Positions 17,874 through 18,681 of a DNA stretch of 18,681 bases are shown piece after piece. The notes beneath the pieces are model-generated. The model was given only the letters and a program-made list of their open reading frames with translations. It was not told the DNA's origin and searched no databases. The stretch is from Candidatus Methylomirabilales bacterium (GTDB taxonomy: Bacteria > Methylomirabilota > Methylomirabilia > Methylomirabilales > CSP1-5). The translations under genes were made by a program, and so were the position numbers. Location: positions 1-18,681 of the forward strand of contig JBHIAH010000049.1 in assembly GCA_046758505.1 (NCBI GenBank), read 5' to 3'. The first letter of the stretch is position 1; each line of letters begins with the position of its first letter.

Positions 17874-18681
17874 ATGGAAGCACTGACGCTTCACAGGTGG
17901 CACTTCGCCTTCACCGTCACCTACCATTACATCTTCCCGCAGCTCACGATGGGCCTGGCGTTGCTCATCCTGGTGCTTAAAACGCTGGGGCTGCGGGGGG
18001 ATCCCCTTGCCAACCAGGCGGTGCGCTTCTGGGCCAAGATTTTTGGTGTGACCTTCCTTATGGGGGTGATCACGGGCATCCCCATGGAATTCCAGTTCGG
18101 GACGAACTGGTCTCGGTTCTCCGAGGCGGCCGGCGGCGTCATCGGGCAGACGCTGGCCATGGAGGGGGTCTTTGCCTTCTTCCTGGAATCTGCGTTTCTC
18201 TACCTGTTGCTGTACGGTGAGCGCAGGCTCGGCCAGCGCGGCCACTGGGTCGCCGCTCTGTTGGTGTTCGTGGGGACGTGGCTCAGCGGCTTCTTCATCG
18301 TCTGCACGAACGCGTGGATGCAACATCCGGTCGGCTACGAGATCACGCCCGACGGTGTCATCACGCTGGTGAGTCTGTCGGCACTGTTCACCAATCCCTG
18401 GGCGGTTCCCCAATTTCTCCACGTCATGGTCGGCGCGACGATCACGGGGAGTTTCACGATGGCCGCGATCGGCGCCTTCTACGTGCTGCGCGGCGAGCAC
18501 GTGGCGACGGCGCGACGGTTCTTGTCCGTGGCGGTCGTGGTTGGATGCATTGCGAGTGTGCTCGCGGCGATGCCGACCGGCGACATGCGGGCGAGCCTGG
18601 TCTATAAACACCAACCCGTCACGTTTGCGGCCATGGAAGGTCACTTCCACACGGAGGATGGGGCGGGGTTGGTCCTCATCG
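17874..18681 (+). CDS. cydA: Cytochrome bd ubiquinol oxidase subunit I (partial, runs off the window)
   Basis: Not in the ORF track because there is no stop in the window. Manual translation: MEALTLHRWHFAFTVTYHYIFPQLTMG...GIPMEFQFGTNW...LAMEGVFAFFLES...NAWMQHP...QFLH...QPVTFAAMEG; open to the window end. Confidence 0.96.
   Translation, partial: MEALTLHRWHFAFTVTYHYIFPQLTMGLALLILVLKTLGLRGDPLANQAVRFWAKIFGVTFLMGVITGIPMEFQFGTNWSRFSEAAGGVIGQTLAMEGVFAFFLESAFLYLLLYGERRLGQRGHWVAALLVFVGTWLSGFFIVCTNAWMQHPVGYEITPDGVITLVSLSALFTNPWAVPQFLHVMVGATITGSFTMAAIGAFYVLRGEHVATARRFLSVAVVVGCIASVLAAMPTGDMRASLVYKHQPVTFAAMEGHFHTEDGAGLVLI

Overview
GC-rich bacterial chromosomal window in two parts. (1) About 1-3400 is a decaying accessory patch: an intact B12-binding radical SAM gene, a truncated IS1595-like transposase, a terminal-type motif of Y1/RAYT-like elements, an integrase-less integron cassette array, and a stump of a Y1 (IS200/RAYT-like) transposase. 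The array has one clear attC and two cassettes encoding an AbiJ-NTD4/HEPN-like protein and a NYN-domain protein, each broken by a 1-nt frameshift. (2) About 3445-18681 looks like core genome: polX (PolX-PHP), an aldehyde dehydrogenase with a strong sigma70 promoter and an overlapping 12-bp palindromic operator, a receiver-PilZ regulator, a four-gene carbohydrate ABC transporter with a Tat-exported binding protein, a stand-alone oppD/oppF ATPase pair followed by two coupled exported proteins of unknown function, and the 5' part of cydA. The most interesting signal is the pair of putative defence-RNase cassettes lying between a Y1/RAYT-type end motif and a Y1 transposase remnant, with no intI in view. 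Family calls come from motif recognition only; no searches were run.
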